Shown piece by piece: positions 45,801-55,744 of a stretch of DNA of 64,000 bases. Position 1 is the first letter of the stretch; each line of letters opens with the position of its first letter. Under the pieces are notes generated by a model that saw only the letters and a list, made by a program, of their open reading frames with translations, had not been told where the DNA came from and did no database searches. The DNA is from a virus: IMG/VR virus record IMGVR_UViG_3300044825_001015, positions 1-64,000 of that record; one strand, given 5' to 3'. The position numbers and the translations under genes were made by a program.

Positions 45801-46665
45801 AATTTTAATATACCCATCTATTAATAATTTAGTAGGTAATAAGAGAAGATTCTTTGCAAGGTATGTATTAAATAATGTTCCTTCTGGGAAAACGGGATAT
45901 TTAGGTTCTGTTGTCGGATTAAAAATAATTTCTAACCAGATACTTGATGGACTATTTGTATGGACTGGAGTTACAAATAAAAATAAGCAAACAACAATTA
46001 CAATATCAATTGTTCAGGTTGTTAATGGAAATGTAAAAGTTATTTCAGAACCGAAAGACTTTGAGTTTACTGAAGATCTTTTCTCTGAAAATGAAGCACT
46101 TGAGATTTATATGGAATTTAATGATCCAATGAATAGGCTAAAAGTATTTATAGGATCAACATCACTATTTGAAGTAGTTAGATCAAAGGATAAAGAGAAT
46201 GATCCTGGTAAGAGAAAGGTCGCATTTAAAACTTTAACAATACCGATCTCTTCAATTAATAAGGATGGCTTCTTTGGCTTTGCTGCCTTACAAAAGGGTC
46301 GTGGAACATTAGATGCTTTAGCGTTTACGGCTAGTTCTGATCCAAGAAATCTTAATAATATATCAATAAATTCATTAGATGGTGATTACTACGCTTCATC
46401 AAGTACCACTCCAGCATACTACGCAAATGCAAATACATTATTAAATCAAATGGTTTACAACCAGTTCGTGCCTGGATTTAGCACATTCCAAGATTCGTTT
46501 GTATTTACTGGAGCGCCAGTAGCCAGAGGGATTAAGATATTCGACGTAGAATATCAGGACTATCCAGTAATAGCATCACCAGAAGTTGAATTTTTGGGCT
46601 ACTCATATAATATAGATGCTATCAGAGGATCTACTCCAATAACTGGTACGGAGGCAAATAAATAA
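42835..46665 (+). CDS. Large minor tail (hub/tip) protein, N-terminal portion
   Basis: KIIAEWNMN, ELIEISPRL, LPLGSITSNTATIDFSN, GYLLIDQEIVKY, VERGCFGT; position. Confidence 0.75.
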   Translation: MLGNTTVRNSINGSDVVEAKPKIIAEWNMNSIASPFIHGTETHPISFTPLTLQKGAAAPNITSITETSNFDRTFYSPVFNDNTSQLIIASSSSTSALVSGYAMANGTASLILKNKIPISNGDSIQVSGVGQLFDGSYVVASQLGGVLLSYVTNNSSSNVSLTSSPIQGRVSANISEYYVDFTVSTFASRAAKIFFKLKSDYQFQSQSSQLFLEEFNVTLRAVGLKDGVPVYTQSITKNYTVNSTSWTDAYISFANPDSQVDVVRVYISMEVSNDYRAALIVDQIFGANVSDFEVYTEDRTPLSEVFDVYRPGEVLLDAGPKNVEINSTLTYPQQCTPTQMAHKYAIGDLYQKVQRSITPFAGNPYSYYVSATGWGSKRIWCIYDKEISVNKLVIKVNAIAAKPAVDSFVIKILVNKQWETIQTTSMAFTNNGLLTLYYNGTSWSTTPWSLVPTISEATGQIDKRRIIQGVAFECINQSYTIENSPLNKPDALQTLELIEISPRLELDLSKFVSGLSVNKELDSSDIPLPLGSITSNTATIDFSNIPIIISSSDMNTAEVNDVVPISNYASTSPLKNLLVKGVKLKGSFDINTGVTSGTQSIVNVPSFIMYVERWKETTDIVSAECYDSVKRLQNIKSRPLYLKDKSINEIIYSILDSVGFGDYYFDELSKLKIVKYENDQSSISASTTLNQNIEYFWAVDEDSITDTLNDLLKPYQVSIYTDEYGALRFLSLYEINTKANSVAESDVLYIQDLNQVPQGGTVRRSNLMSLEFEEIERPEKVTIKYKRPMPSLSDYRQAKDRPYASMTESATDIVWEPEQQAQVLSFFEIASPGILTETQNRIPFDINSVSRINRAIENSGYLLIDQEIVKYDGLEYIFTFTNSTGTSQSRTEVIRNSADINRVISEIYQLNEVSNITWSPSGYMVNVERGCFGTEPAKHIVLSNGSRSGWLGREFNAAYKQVSSIDEADGTFGASNGNISIKCEKESGGILIYPSINNLVGNKRRFFARYVLNNVPSGKTGYLGSVVGLKIISNQILDGLFVWTGVTNKNKQTTITISIVQVVNGNVKVISEPKDFEFTEDLFSENEALEIYMEFNDPMNRLKVFIGSTSLFEVVRSKDKENDPGKRKVAFKTLTIPISSINKDGFFGFAALQKGRGTLDALAFTASSDPRNLNNISINSLDGDYYASSSTTPAYYANANTLLNQMVYNQFVPGFSTFQDSFVFTGAPVARGIKIFDVEYQDYPVIASPEVEFLGYSYNIDAIRGSTPITGTEANK

Positions 46666-47933
46666 TGGGAAATACTAATCCAAATGCACAGGAAGTAAGA
46701 GATGCACTTAGAGACTATAAAGTAGACTTTCAAACAATAGGTCCATGGGATACTGTAGGAAGTGCCTGGAATAATACAGGTGGAGGTCTATATGGATGTA
46801 TCATGCATCATACTGGGGCTGGAGTTCAGGGATATAAAGGGGCACCCTCTCTTACATGGATGAGAAATCCAGTAATTGATGGACAGCCGCTTGGAAAGCC
46901 TGCATGTAATATTTTGGTAGGGCGCGGTAAAGGAGATACATATTTAATTTCAGCGCTAGCAGTTCTTCATTCTGGCCTAGGCGGACCTTGGCCTGCTATT
47001 GGAATTAATTCTGCAGGATATGGGGCAGAGTCCAGAACCTTTGGGGTAGAAATAGAAGGTTCTACGGCATATGCAAATATTCCAGAAAGTCGTCCGTACT
47101 TTACTGAATATCAAGAAGAGAATTCTGCAAGAATAGCAGCAGCACTTTGGGATCTTTGCGGCTGGCCTGCAGATGGCTCCCGTATTGTCACACATGCTGA
47201 CTGGACAGATTCTGGTAAATATTTAGGAACAAATAATTACGGACCATATCTAGGAAGAAAGCCTGATACTAGAAGGTCTACACACTCTGGTAAATACTGG
47301 AGAAAGATGGCTGCAAAATATTTAGATCCATCTAAGGCAGGATCTGAACCATCTGGAAATACACAAAATGACGGCGGCAAAAAGGGATCAGACAATAAAA
47401 CAGATGATAATGTTGTAGATTTAGCAAGACAGGTAAAGCCAAATGCAGTTGCAAAATCTGTTGTAGCAGGCACTCCTCAAAGAGCCAGGTTTGCATTGAT
47501 GAATATGGCTAATGAATCTATATATCTATCTGAAGGAGAAACATCAGTACTTTCTGGAAGCGGCGAGGGGATACTTTGGGTTAAGGCAAGGACATTAATA
47601 GATGGAGAATCCTACGAAGTATCAAGAAAAATTTCAGACAAGTCTGCAAATGGAGATGTTACGATAGAAACTAATTGGATTCAAAATGATACATCTGCGG
47701 AAGCAGCCCTATCCCTCATAACAGACTCTTTTGATTTTAAATTTAAGTCTGTGACAGTACAGATTTTTGGCAATCCATTGATTCAATTAGGAGATTTGGT
47801 AAAACTTACATACAAGACTGGGAAGATATCATTTGATGACTCAAAATACTATATAGTAACAAAGGTATCCCAGTCTTTTGATATAGGTCTGTCAACAACC
47901 GTGTCACTCAGCCCTGTGAATAAATTCTCTTAA
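46665..47933 (+). CDS. Virion-associated amidase fused to a tail-tip C-terminal domain
   Basis: N-terminal ~220 aa align with the endolysin (IMHHT, GVEIE, IVTH, GRKPDT); C-terminus WIQ...FGNPLIQLGDLV. Confidence 0.8.
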   Translation: MGNTNPNAQEVRDALRDYKVDFQTIGPWDTVGSAWNNTGGGLYGCIMHHTGAGVQGYKGAPSLTWMRNPVIDGQPLGKPACNILVGRGKGDTYLISALAVLHSGLGGPWPAIGINSAGYGAESRTFGVEIEGSTAYANIPESRPYFTEYQEENSARIAAALWDLCGWPADGSRIVTHADWTDSGKYLGTNNYGPYLGRKPDTRRSTHSGKYWRKMAAKYLDPSKAGSEPSGNTQNDGGKKGSDNKTDDNVVDLARQVKPNAVAKSVVAGTPQRARFALMNMANESIYLSEGETSVLSGSGEGILWVKARTLIDGESYEVSRKISDKSANGDVTIETNWIQNDTSAEAALSLITDSFDFKFKSVTVQIFGNPLIQLGDLVKLTYKTGKISFDDSKYYIVTKVSQSFDIGLSTTVSLSPVNKFS

Positions 47934-47958
47934 ATGATATAATTTTAATAGGTGACCT

Positions 47959-48417
47959 ATGAATAAAAAAAAGCCAGATCCAAAGCCAGGTGTGTTTAAA
48001 AGACAAATTCTGAGATCTGCTAATGCATATACAGATGATAGAATTGATGAAGTTCTGAGGCGTATTGAGTTATCAGAAGATACTGAGCCAGGTGACGGCG
48101 ATGATGATAAAGATCCTAATAAGCCAAAACCACCAGGAGGTGGCGGAGGCGGTGGTGGACTAGGGGTAATTTTCCCACCAGAAACCCCTACCCCATGGGT
48201 AATACCAAGACCTCCAGTTAGAGAAGTTTCTGAAGTTGGTAAGGTTACTTCAATAAAATTCCAAGAAGGTGCTAGTCAGTTTACATATGACACAACTAAA
48301 ACCTATGGAACTATGTACTTATCATCGGACGGATCTCTTGCAGCAAATGTAACAATAGAAATAGATGGGGAAGGCGAGATTGAAGATTACGAGGTACAGG
48401 TGACTAAAGTTGAGTAG
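47959..48417 (+). CDS. Minor tail region protein with a Pro/Gly linker
   Basis: KPPGGGGGGGG...PPETPTP; position. Confidence 0.55.
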   Translation: MNKKKPDPKPGVFKRQILRSANAYTDDRIDEVLRRIELSEDTEPGDGDDDKDPNKPKPPGGGGGGGGLGVIFPPETPTPWVIPRPPVREVSEVGKVTSIKFQEGASQFTYDTTKTYGTMYLSSDGSLAANVTIEIDGEGEIEDYEVQVTKVE

Positions 48418-49336
48418 CGGAAGGTATATATTAAGCATTGACAATCAGATAATTTCTGAGTCATATAATGCTATTACAGATGAAGGACTTAATTTAATTA
48501 GATCATATCTAGCAAACCCTACATCTAATTGGGCAGGCGCTATCAGCGTGGGTGCTATGAATAGCACACAGTCAGCATCAACTAATACCTCCATGGACTT
48601 TGAATTAGCAAGGGTTCCAGTATTACTTAGATCTGTAGAAAATAATGAAATTGTAATAAAGGGGGTGCTAGACTCAGATTTTTCTGGAAAGATATTTGAA
48701 TTAGGCTTATACCCAGAAGTATTTAATATAGTTTCAAGCGGCTTTGATGATAAATTAATTTTAAATTTTGATGAACTATGGTTAAATACTTCAGATAATT
48801 TACAAATCAATTCTTCTAATTTTAGTTTAGATAGCAGGGCAGGAGAAAATAATCTAAAGATAGGAACCGCAGCGTTAGATATATACACTAACATAGGATT
48901 AAATATATCTGGCTACACGAACTTTGATGTAACATCTTTAATGTATAACGTTACTGCTACTGGAACAAATAGATCATTTAGAGTAACGTTTATAGACAAT
49001 CAGTTACCTACTCCTGGAACTAAATATGCAGACTTCATGCTAAACTGCGCCTCCGTTGGCTATAAAAAGATAAATAAGTTGATCGGTGATTTTGTAGAAA
49101 CTGGAAACTTTAATTCAGAAATCATAAAAATTAACATAACAGCATCTTCATATGCAAATACTGCTAGAGTTGAACTGGATGCATTTAGAATAAATGACGC
49201 AGATGAAACTAATCCAGATTTCGCGTTAGTTAGTAGATCATTAATAGGTACACAAAATGGATCTTCAGCATCAGATTATGTATACAAGCCAGGTGGTGTT
49301 GAAGTAGATATTGAATATAGGGTGCAGTTACTCTAA
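48410..49336 (+). CDS. Minor tail protein
   Basis: NAITDEG...FELARVPV...ELGLY; position. Confidence 0.65.
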   Translation: MSSGRYILSIDNQIISESYNAITDEGLNLIRSYLANPTSNWAGAISVGAMNSTQSASTNTSMDFELARVPVLLRSVENNEIVIKGVLDSDFSGKIFELGLYPEVFNIVSSGFDDKLILNFDELWLNTSDNLQINSSNFSLDSRAGENNLKIGTAALDIYTNIGLNISGYTNFDVTSLMYNVTATGTNRSFRVTFIDNQLPTPGTKYADFMLNCASVGYKKINKLIGDFVETGNFNSEIIKINITASSYANTARVELDAFRINDADETNPDFALVSRSLIGTQNGSSASDYVYKPGGVEVDIEYRVQLL

Positions 49337-52305
49337 TGAAAAAAGTAATACAAGTACAAGACTTACAGCCAGGTACAAAATATCTTATTCGTGCCCGTGC
49401 AAAAAATCAGTATGATTTTTTTTCTGAGTGGTCACAAACATACGAATTAAATGTTGTCAAAGATAACGTAAAGCCCTCCAAGCCAGCGAAACCAACTATA
49501 CAGATTGCTGGTCCTCAAAAGGTTATTGTGTCTCATGATAACACTAAGCAGGGAGGCGGCAACCTAGAATTTGATGTAACTGCATATAAAGTTTATACAA
49601 ATACTACTGCCTCAAATACTGGCGGCACTCTAATACATACAATGTCTGCAACCAGGCCAGGAAGCGGAATTAACTCTTTTGCCACAATCAATGTAAATGC
49701 TCCATTATCAGGAGGGTCTGCACAAACCCTTTACTTTTATGTCACAGCAGTAGATAGTGGGGGAAATGAGTCTGATCCATCAGATGCTACAACAGGAACC
49801 GCTATAACTTACTTTGACTCTGCTTATATTTCTGAACTTACTGCAGATAAAATTAGAACAGGAACATTGCAGGCTAATCAATCTATTAGCGTGGGCACAC
49901 TTTCACCTATCATAATTAAGTCAAATGAAACCAGTCCTCGCGGTCAAATATACATAGGAACTACAGTAAATCCAACTGGTGCAGTAGGTAGTGGATACAA
50001 AGATCCATCTACTGCATTTTATGTAGATTCTACAGGAAAGTTTTCTCTTAAAGATAAACTATATTGGGACGGAAATACTTTAACGATAGATGGATATTTC
50101 CAAATAGGTGATGAAGAAACAACTATTAGCGGTAATCAGATTCGTACTGGTAATCTAATATCAACTAACTATGTTTCTAATGTATCTGGGCAGCCACAGG
50201 CAAAGTCTACTGAATATACTACAGAGGGAACGTGGATTGATTTAGACGATGGAGAGATATACAGTAAAAACTTTTATCTAACTAGTGCTGGTGACGCAGT
50301 ATTTAGAGGAAACATTTTTGGGTCTAGAGGTATATTTAATGGAGAACTTCCTGTATCTAAAATACCAGGATTACAGAATCCAGAAGGTGCAAGAGTTCCT
50401 ACTGTTATTGTAGAATCAACAAATACCGACGATGGATATTTAGTATTCTTTAAAAATACTGGAACTGATTCTGGAGCAGAATTCTATGTTAAGCAAGGCG
50501 ACGGTACAAATTGGAGAAGAGGCTCATTAGCGCATTTAGATGATGTTGCTGGCGGCTTCCTTAGGCTTGGAGCATATCCATCATCTACTGGAATCACCCC
50601 AGGAAGAATAAGAATCTTTGCTGAAAGTGCTGGAACTAAGCAAGGAGAAATTTACCTAGATGCAAGAAGAACTTTTGCTCAGAAAATATTTCTTACTCAG
50701 CCATCTACAACAGGAGACTGGGCAACCGACCCAGTAACCAATTTTTGGAAAGATCCTGATGGAGTTTCTAATGGTCAGGATTTTTTTAAGGTAGGCTCTA
50801 CTACTGGGTCTGCTATTACTGTAAAGAAAACATCAACAGGAGCAAATAAGGTAGTCATAAAAGACTACGAAATAGAAGGCGTTTCAGAAGTTGTTGATAA
50901 TTCAAAAATTACAGTTAATACTGTAGAAATAGGTAAAGGTGTTGGAGGATCTGGAAAGCATGGCATAAAAATAGATAGTAATAATTATTGGTATGACCCT
51001 GCACCACTATCTTCGTCCGATATTGTTTTTAGAGCGGGAGGTTCTGGTAATGATTCCTTAATAGTTAGAAAAAATGGATCAGTAGAATTTGAAGGAACTA
51101 CCAATCCGACTGGCGGAGAAATTAAAGGTCTGCTAGTAATCAAAAATGTCTCTGATCAAACTACATTTTCTATAGGTAAAAATGTATTAACTGGGGGAAG
51201 GGACGGAATTCTATTAAATAGTAATAATTACTGGACTTTATCACAAACTGGACTAACTGCTAATTTTAGAGTAGGTGGGGCATCAAGATTCCTTGAATGG
51301 ACTGGATCAGCATTAAATATATCTACAGATTCTATTTTTATTAGCGGAGATCCTGCAGCAACACAAGCATTTGCTAGTAGTACTGCTACTTCTGCTGCAA
51401 ATAACGCAGTAGCAACCTTCTCGCTTGTAGATAAGTGGAACGGAAGTATTTCTGGTGTAAATATTCAAGCATCTGGAATAATTCAAAGCATATACCAGGG
51501 AGTTGCTAAAACATATGGAAGTGCAACAAATGGGTGGATATTAGACAATAGCGGCTCTCTTCCTAGATTTGATATAGGAACTTCTAATTTTTATCTTAGA
51601 TGGACTGGTCTTGGACTAAGCATAAAAGGAACTATAGATTCTGGAACATCAATCCCAGGAGGAGCATTCCAAGATGGTGGAGGGGCAGGATCTGGTCTGC
51701 AACTTGGCTCTAATAGAGTAGTTATTACAGATGGCTATGGTGGAGGAATAGTTTCATTTACTGATGGCGCAGTTCCAACACCAGGACAACTAGGTACTAT
51801 TCAAGCAGTATCACCAGACACCAATTCAAAATTCTCTGGTCTAGAAGGCGGAAGAGGAATTCTACTTGGAAATATAGCCTATCCATTTATAGAAATTGGA
51901 AAAAATCCTTCTCAAGAAAATAAAATATTACTTCTTACAGCAGCAAGCGTAGGTCTAGAAATTAGACCAACACATTTTATTTTAAGGGGAGGTTCATCTT
52001 CAAGAATTAGAGGAATACCATCCACTAGTAGCCAGCCATCAGGTAAAAAAGTTTTATATGGAGATGAAAATGAAACTTTAGAGTGGGGTCCTGCTCCAAC
52101 TGGTGGTGGAGGAACTACATATCAGGCTGGTGCAGGCATAGAAATTGATACATCAACAAATCCAGATAGTATAGTAAATACTGGATATAGGATGTTTGGA
52201 AATACCTCTGGTTCTGGAGGTAGAATATCTAATAATAATAGAATATATTTTTCGGTACAACCAACTAACGGAATGCAAGACGGCGACCTTTTGGTAGAAT
52301 TTTAA
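49336..52305 (+). CDS. Tail fibre/spike with FN3 domains
   Basis: DLQPGTKY..RARA, FYVTAVDSGGNESDPS, LTADKIRTGTL, Gly-rich beta repeats. Confidence 0.75.
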   Translation: MKKVIQVQDLQPGTKYLIRARAKNQYDFFSEWSQTYELNVVKDNVKPSKPAKPTIQIAGPQKVIVSHDNTKQGGGNLEFDVTAYKVYTNTTASNTGGTLIHTMSATRPGSGINSFATINVNAPLSGGSAQTLYFYVTAVDSGGNESDPSDATTGTAITYFDSAYISELTADKIRTGTLQANQSISVGTLSPIIIKSNETSPRGQIYIGTTVNPTGAVGSGYKDPSTAFYVDSTGKFSLKDKLYWDGNTLTIDGYFQIGDEETTISGNQIRTGNLISTNYVSNVSGQPQAKSTEYTTEGTWIDLDDGEIYSKNFYLTSAGDAVFRGNIFGSRGIFNGELPVSKIPGLQNPEGARVPTVIVESTNTDDGYLVFFKNTGTDSGAEFYVKQGDGTNWRRGSLAHLDDVAGGFLRLGAYPSSTGITPGRIRIFAESAGTKQGEIYLDARRTFAQKIFLTQPSTTGDWATDPVTNFWKDPDGVSNGQDFFKVGSTTGSAITVKKTSTGANKVVIKDYEIEGVSEVVDNSKITVNTVEIGKGVGGSGKHGIKIDSNNYWYDPAPLSSSDIVFRAGGSGNDSLIVRKNGSVEFEGTTNPTGGEIKGLLVIKNVSDQTTFSIGKNVLTGGRDGILLNSNNYWTLSQTGLTANFRVGGASRFLEWTGSALNISTDSIFISGDPAATQAFASSTATSAANNAVATFSLVDKWNGSISGVNIQASGIIQSIYQGVAKTYGSATNGWILDNSGSLPRFDIGTSNFYLRWTGLGLSIKGTIDSGTSIPGGAFQDGGGAGSGLQLGSNRVVITDGYGGGIVSFTDGAVPTPGQLGTIQAVSPDTNSKFSGLEGGRGILLGNIAYPFIEIGKNPSQENKILLLTAASVGLEIRPTHFILRGGSSSRIRGIPSTSSQPSGKKVLYGDENETLEWGPAPTGGGGTTYQAGAGIEIDTSTNPDSIVNTGYRMFGNTSGSGGRISNNNRIYFSVQPTNGMQDGDLLVEF

Positions 52306-52306
52306 T

Positions 52307-54841
52307 ATGACAGTAAAAGCATTTAGATCAGCCTGGACATTAGTTAAAAATATAAAATCATTTAGATCTGGCATTGGATGGACAGATATTAAAAACATAC
52401 GCGCATGGCGCGACCCCAATGGGGATAATATTGGATTCTGGGATCTAGTTTATCCAGATTTACCAATATCTTCTGTAACTCCATTCGTATCTGGTACTGG
52501 GGAACCAGGAACTACATTTTCTCTATCCAATAATCAGCCATGGGTTAATGATGGGTATGTTAGAGTTCAAAATACTACTTACCAATGGGCTAGGTCAACA
52601 ACATCTGGAGGCCCATATACCAATGTTTCTGGTGCTACTTCATCAACATACAATATTCAATCATCAGACTTAAATAATTATTTTATATGTAGAATTACAG
52701 GAACTAATGCAAAAGGCTCTACAACAGTTAATTCTTCACAAAGTTTACTAGTTAGTGATCCAAATTACACCTTTAACTTTTTACAGGAATTTGGAGTCAA
52801 TGCTAACGCAATGATTATATTTGACAAAACAAATAATGTCTTCCCAGACACCGATATATTAATTATATCAGGAAGAGTACTCGCTTATTTCTTTGGGGAC
52901 TACAAGCATTTTGATTTATGGTATAGATCAGATGCGACTACATTTAGACTTTATCATAGGATGTATAGAAATGATAGAACAACTAGGCCATCAACACCAG
53001 ATATAGAATATGAAATAGTATTTACTAATGGTAGTAGAGTAGTAGATATATTTGTAATTAATCCAATAGCAACACAATACATATTAGATGATGTAGCATA
53101 CCTAAAAGATTTTTTCCAGCAATTTAAAAGTTATAATATAGCGAATTACGCAGCGGGAAGAAGATTTAGGGTTACTATGGATAGCACTACTGGAATATTT
53201 CAGGATTTCGCCTCGCCGTCAACAACAAGTCCTTCATTTACTGATGGATGGATATATATTTCTTCTGGTAATGATAGTACTACTGGTACTATTACTTTTA
53301 GTTCATTACAAAATTTTCCATCCCCGTTGTCACCAGCACAGACGTTTGTTGGTCCCTACTTTTCATTTAATAAGTCAAATATGTTTTTCCCAAGATCGGT
53401 TACTATTAATAATGTATCCTATTCTAGTACGACTCAAGCAAGCGTATCTTGGTCGTATGGCACTTCAAGTCCATTAAACGGAACTTCATATACTATAGAA
53501 GTTTTGAATTCATCACAAACATCTGTTTTATCTACTCAGAATACTACTTTAACTTCAGCAACAGTATCTGGACTTACAGTTGGAACATCATATGTAATTA
53601 GAGTTACCCCTAATTCAAGATCAGATTTTTTTGGTCAATATGGATTTCCTACTGTGTCAAATTATTTACATGCTACTGTTCCTGGTGCCCCAACTGGAGT
53701 AACGGGTACTTCTGGAAATACTCAGGTAGCATTAAGTTGGACAGCGCCAACCTCTAATGGTGGATCTAACATTACTGGATATAAAATAAGATATTCTACA
53801 AATGGTGGTGTTAGTTGGCTTCCAGCAACACCAATTTCTACTGGAAGCACAACAACTTCATTTACTGTAACTGGACTAACTAATGGGACTTCATATATAT
53901 TTCAGGTACTTGCTACCAATGCAATTGGAGATGGGGCATGGTCTTCATCCAGTTCATCAGTCACTCCGCAAGCAGTTGCTAGTAGAATTGGAGTAACGGT
54001 TTCCCCTGCTAGTGTACAAACTTTAAGTCAGACTGCTACATTTACTGCACAATTACAGGATAATGCAACTCCGCCTAATAATGTTTCTATAAGTGGTAGA
54101 AGTATAACTTTTACATTAAATCCAGCCGCTGGAGGAAGTATTAATACAACATCTGGGACAACAGATGCTAATGGCAGGGCGCAAGTTACATTTACTTCTG
54201 GATCACTAGGAGGAACTGCAACTGTTACTGCCACATCTACTGGATTAACTCAAGGTTCAGCAGATTTAACAGTAACCCTTAGAGATGCATTAAATCCAAC
54301 AATAACTGGAACTAGCACTACTAAAGGGGTCTCATTTTCAAATACGAATCGTGACGCTGCATGGACATATTCTAATTGGATTGGACCTACAGTTGGAACG
54401 CTAGAATCTGGGGACTCGTATAATAATGCACAGTTCGATATATTAGTTCCAAGAGTAAAAAATCAAAATCCAAGTCTGACTGTAAATAGAACTGTCGGAA
54501 GTGGAGGAAACGCAGAAACAACAGATACTACATTTAATGCTAATAGAAGCGTATCTATACAACTAATTTCATCAAGATCTGGGTATGCTTCTGGATTTAG
54601 TAATAGCGCTACCGCTACTGCTGGAGTTAGCATAGATGCTACTAGATCATATCAATGGCAACAATTTACTAATGGAACATGGAACACAAGTTTTGGAACA
54701 GCATTTTCAGGAATGCAAACCTTCAGATTGTCGTGGAGTAATAGAACCTTTACTTCTAGACAAATTAGATGTAGGGTAACTACTACATTTAGTGATGGCA
54801 CTTCTGATATATCATTCAGCAATGAGCCAACTATTCCATAA
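52307..54841 (+). CDS. Ser/Thr-rich virion protein with Ig-like, FN3 and Big_1 domains
   Basis: VPGAPTGVT...LSWTAP..GGSNITGY...GLTNGTSYIFQV; TTDANGRAQVTFT. Confidence 0.78.
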   Translation: MTVKAFRSAWTLVKNIKSFRSGIGWTDIKNIRAWRDPNGDNIGFWDLVYPDLPISSVTPFVSGTGEPGTTFSLSNNQPWVNDGYVRVQNTTYQWARSTTSGGPYTNVSGATSSTYNIQSSDLNNYFICRITGTNAKGSTTVNSSQSLLVSDPNYTFNFLQEFGVNANAMIIFDKTNNVFPDTDILIISGRVLAYFFGDYKHFDLWYRSDATTFRLYHRMYRNDRTTRPSTPDIEYEIVFTNGSRVVDIFVINPIATQYILDDVAYLKDFFQQFKSYNIANYAAGRRFRVTMDSTTGIFQDFASPSTTSPSFTDGWIYISSGNDSTTGTITFSSLQNFPSPLSPAQTFVGPYFSFNKSNMFFPRSVTINNVSYSSTTQASVSWSYGTSSPLNGTSYTIEVLNSSQTSVLSTQNTTLTSATVSGLTVGTSYVIRVTPNSRSDFFGQYGFPTVSNYLHATVPGAPTGVTGTSGNTQVALSWTAPTSNGGSNITGYKIRYSTNGGVSWLPATPISTGSTTTSFTVTGLTNGTSYIFQVLATNAIGDGAWSSSSSSVTPQAVASRIGVTVSPASVQTLSQTATFTAQLQDNATPPNNVSISGRSITFTLNPAAGGSINTTSGTTDANGRAQVTFTSGSLGGTATVTATSTGLTQGSADLTVTLRDALNPTITGTSTTKGVSFSNTNRDAAWTYSNWIGPTVGTLESGDSYNNAQFDILVPRVKNQNPSLTVNRTVGSGGNAETTDTTFNANRSVSIQLISSRSGYASGFSNSATATAGVSIDATRSYQWQQFTNGTWNTSFGTAFSGMQTFRLSWSNRTFTSRQIRCRVTTTFSDGTSDISFSNEPTIP

Positions 54842-54866
54842 TGATATAATATAAAAGGAGGTAAAA

Positions 54867-55088
54867 ATGGAAGCATATCAAGTATTGACAAATGAAGAAA
54901 AAGCAACTTCTATTAGATCTAAGATAAAAAGTCTTCAGTACCAAAAGTACAGTTTTGAATTAGATTTAATTGCAGAAAACGCTATTAGCGAGCCAAATCA
55001 AACATCTATTTCTGAAATTCAAAAACAAATAGATAATTTAAATGATCGTCAGGCTGCTCTTCAATCTGAATTAGATAGCATATCTTAA
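54867..55088 (+). CDS. Small coiled-coil protein
   Basis: SD AAGGAGG; heptad pattern. Confidence 0.65.
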   Translation: MEAYQVLTNEEKATSIRSKIKSLQYQKYSFELDLIAENAISEPNQTSISEIQKQIDNLNDRQAALQSELDSIS

Positions 55089-55089
55089 T

Positions 55090-55545
55090 ATGGAAAGCAT
55101 AGTAGTTGATACAGATATAGAATTAGGAGAGTGGCCTCAAGAATTTTCTGGCGCTTGGATGTATATCTACTACGATTTTCCTACTACAGATACAGTAATG
55201 TGCCTGTTTTTTGATTCAGATTTTGAAGAAGGAACTGTCATAGAAGGATATAGACCAACTATACAAATTCCATCAGCATATGTATCCTGGAAAGAAGATG
55301 GGGTATGCAGAGATATATTTGTACATCCAGATTTTAGAAGGCTTGGCGTAGGGTCAAAACTCTGCGCCTATGCTCGTTCTTATTTATTAAAAGAAGATAA
55401 AGTATTCAATGCTCCAGAAACAATGTCTGCTGCTGCTGACGGAATGTATGAAAAAATTTCAGAGGTATATGGAGAGCCTTATCACACTCCAAATGTAGTT
55501 TCACATCCAATACCGTATGGCTATTGGGGAGGATATTTAGTATAA
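55090..55545 (+). CDS. GNAT-family acetyltransferase-like protein
   Basis: IFVHPDFRRLGVGSKL (motif A, RxxGxG). Confidence 0.72.
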   Translation: MESIVVDTDIELGEWPQEFSGAWMYIYYDFPTTDTVMCLFFDSDFEEGTVIEGYRPTIQIPSAYVSWKEDGVCRDIFVHPDFRRLGVGSKLCAYARSYLLKEDKVFNAPETMSAAADGMYEKISEVYGEPYHTPNVVSHPIPYGYWGGYLV

Positions 55546-55570
55546 TGTACTTACTATTGAAAGGATTTTT

Positions 55571-55744
55571 ATGTCAAACACATTAGAGTTAGTAGTGCAA
55601 GAACTTCAAAATAGAATTGGTCAGATTACATCAAACTATGAACTTCAGATGGCTATGCTAAAGGCTCAAGCCACAGATGAGATTCAAAAGCGTGACGCAC
55701 AGATTCAAGAACTTCAAGAGGGCAAGCCAAAGGAAACTAAGTGA
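55571..55744 (+). CDS. 57-aa coiled-coil protein (MSNTLELVVQELQNRIGQITSNYE...)
   Basis: Manual translation; SD GAAAGGA; GTGA overlap with the next gene. Confidence 0.7.
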   Translation: MSNTLELVVQELQNRIGQITSNYELQMAMLKAQATDEIQKRDAQIQELQEGKPKETK

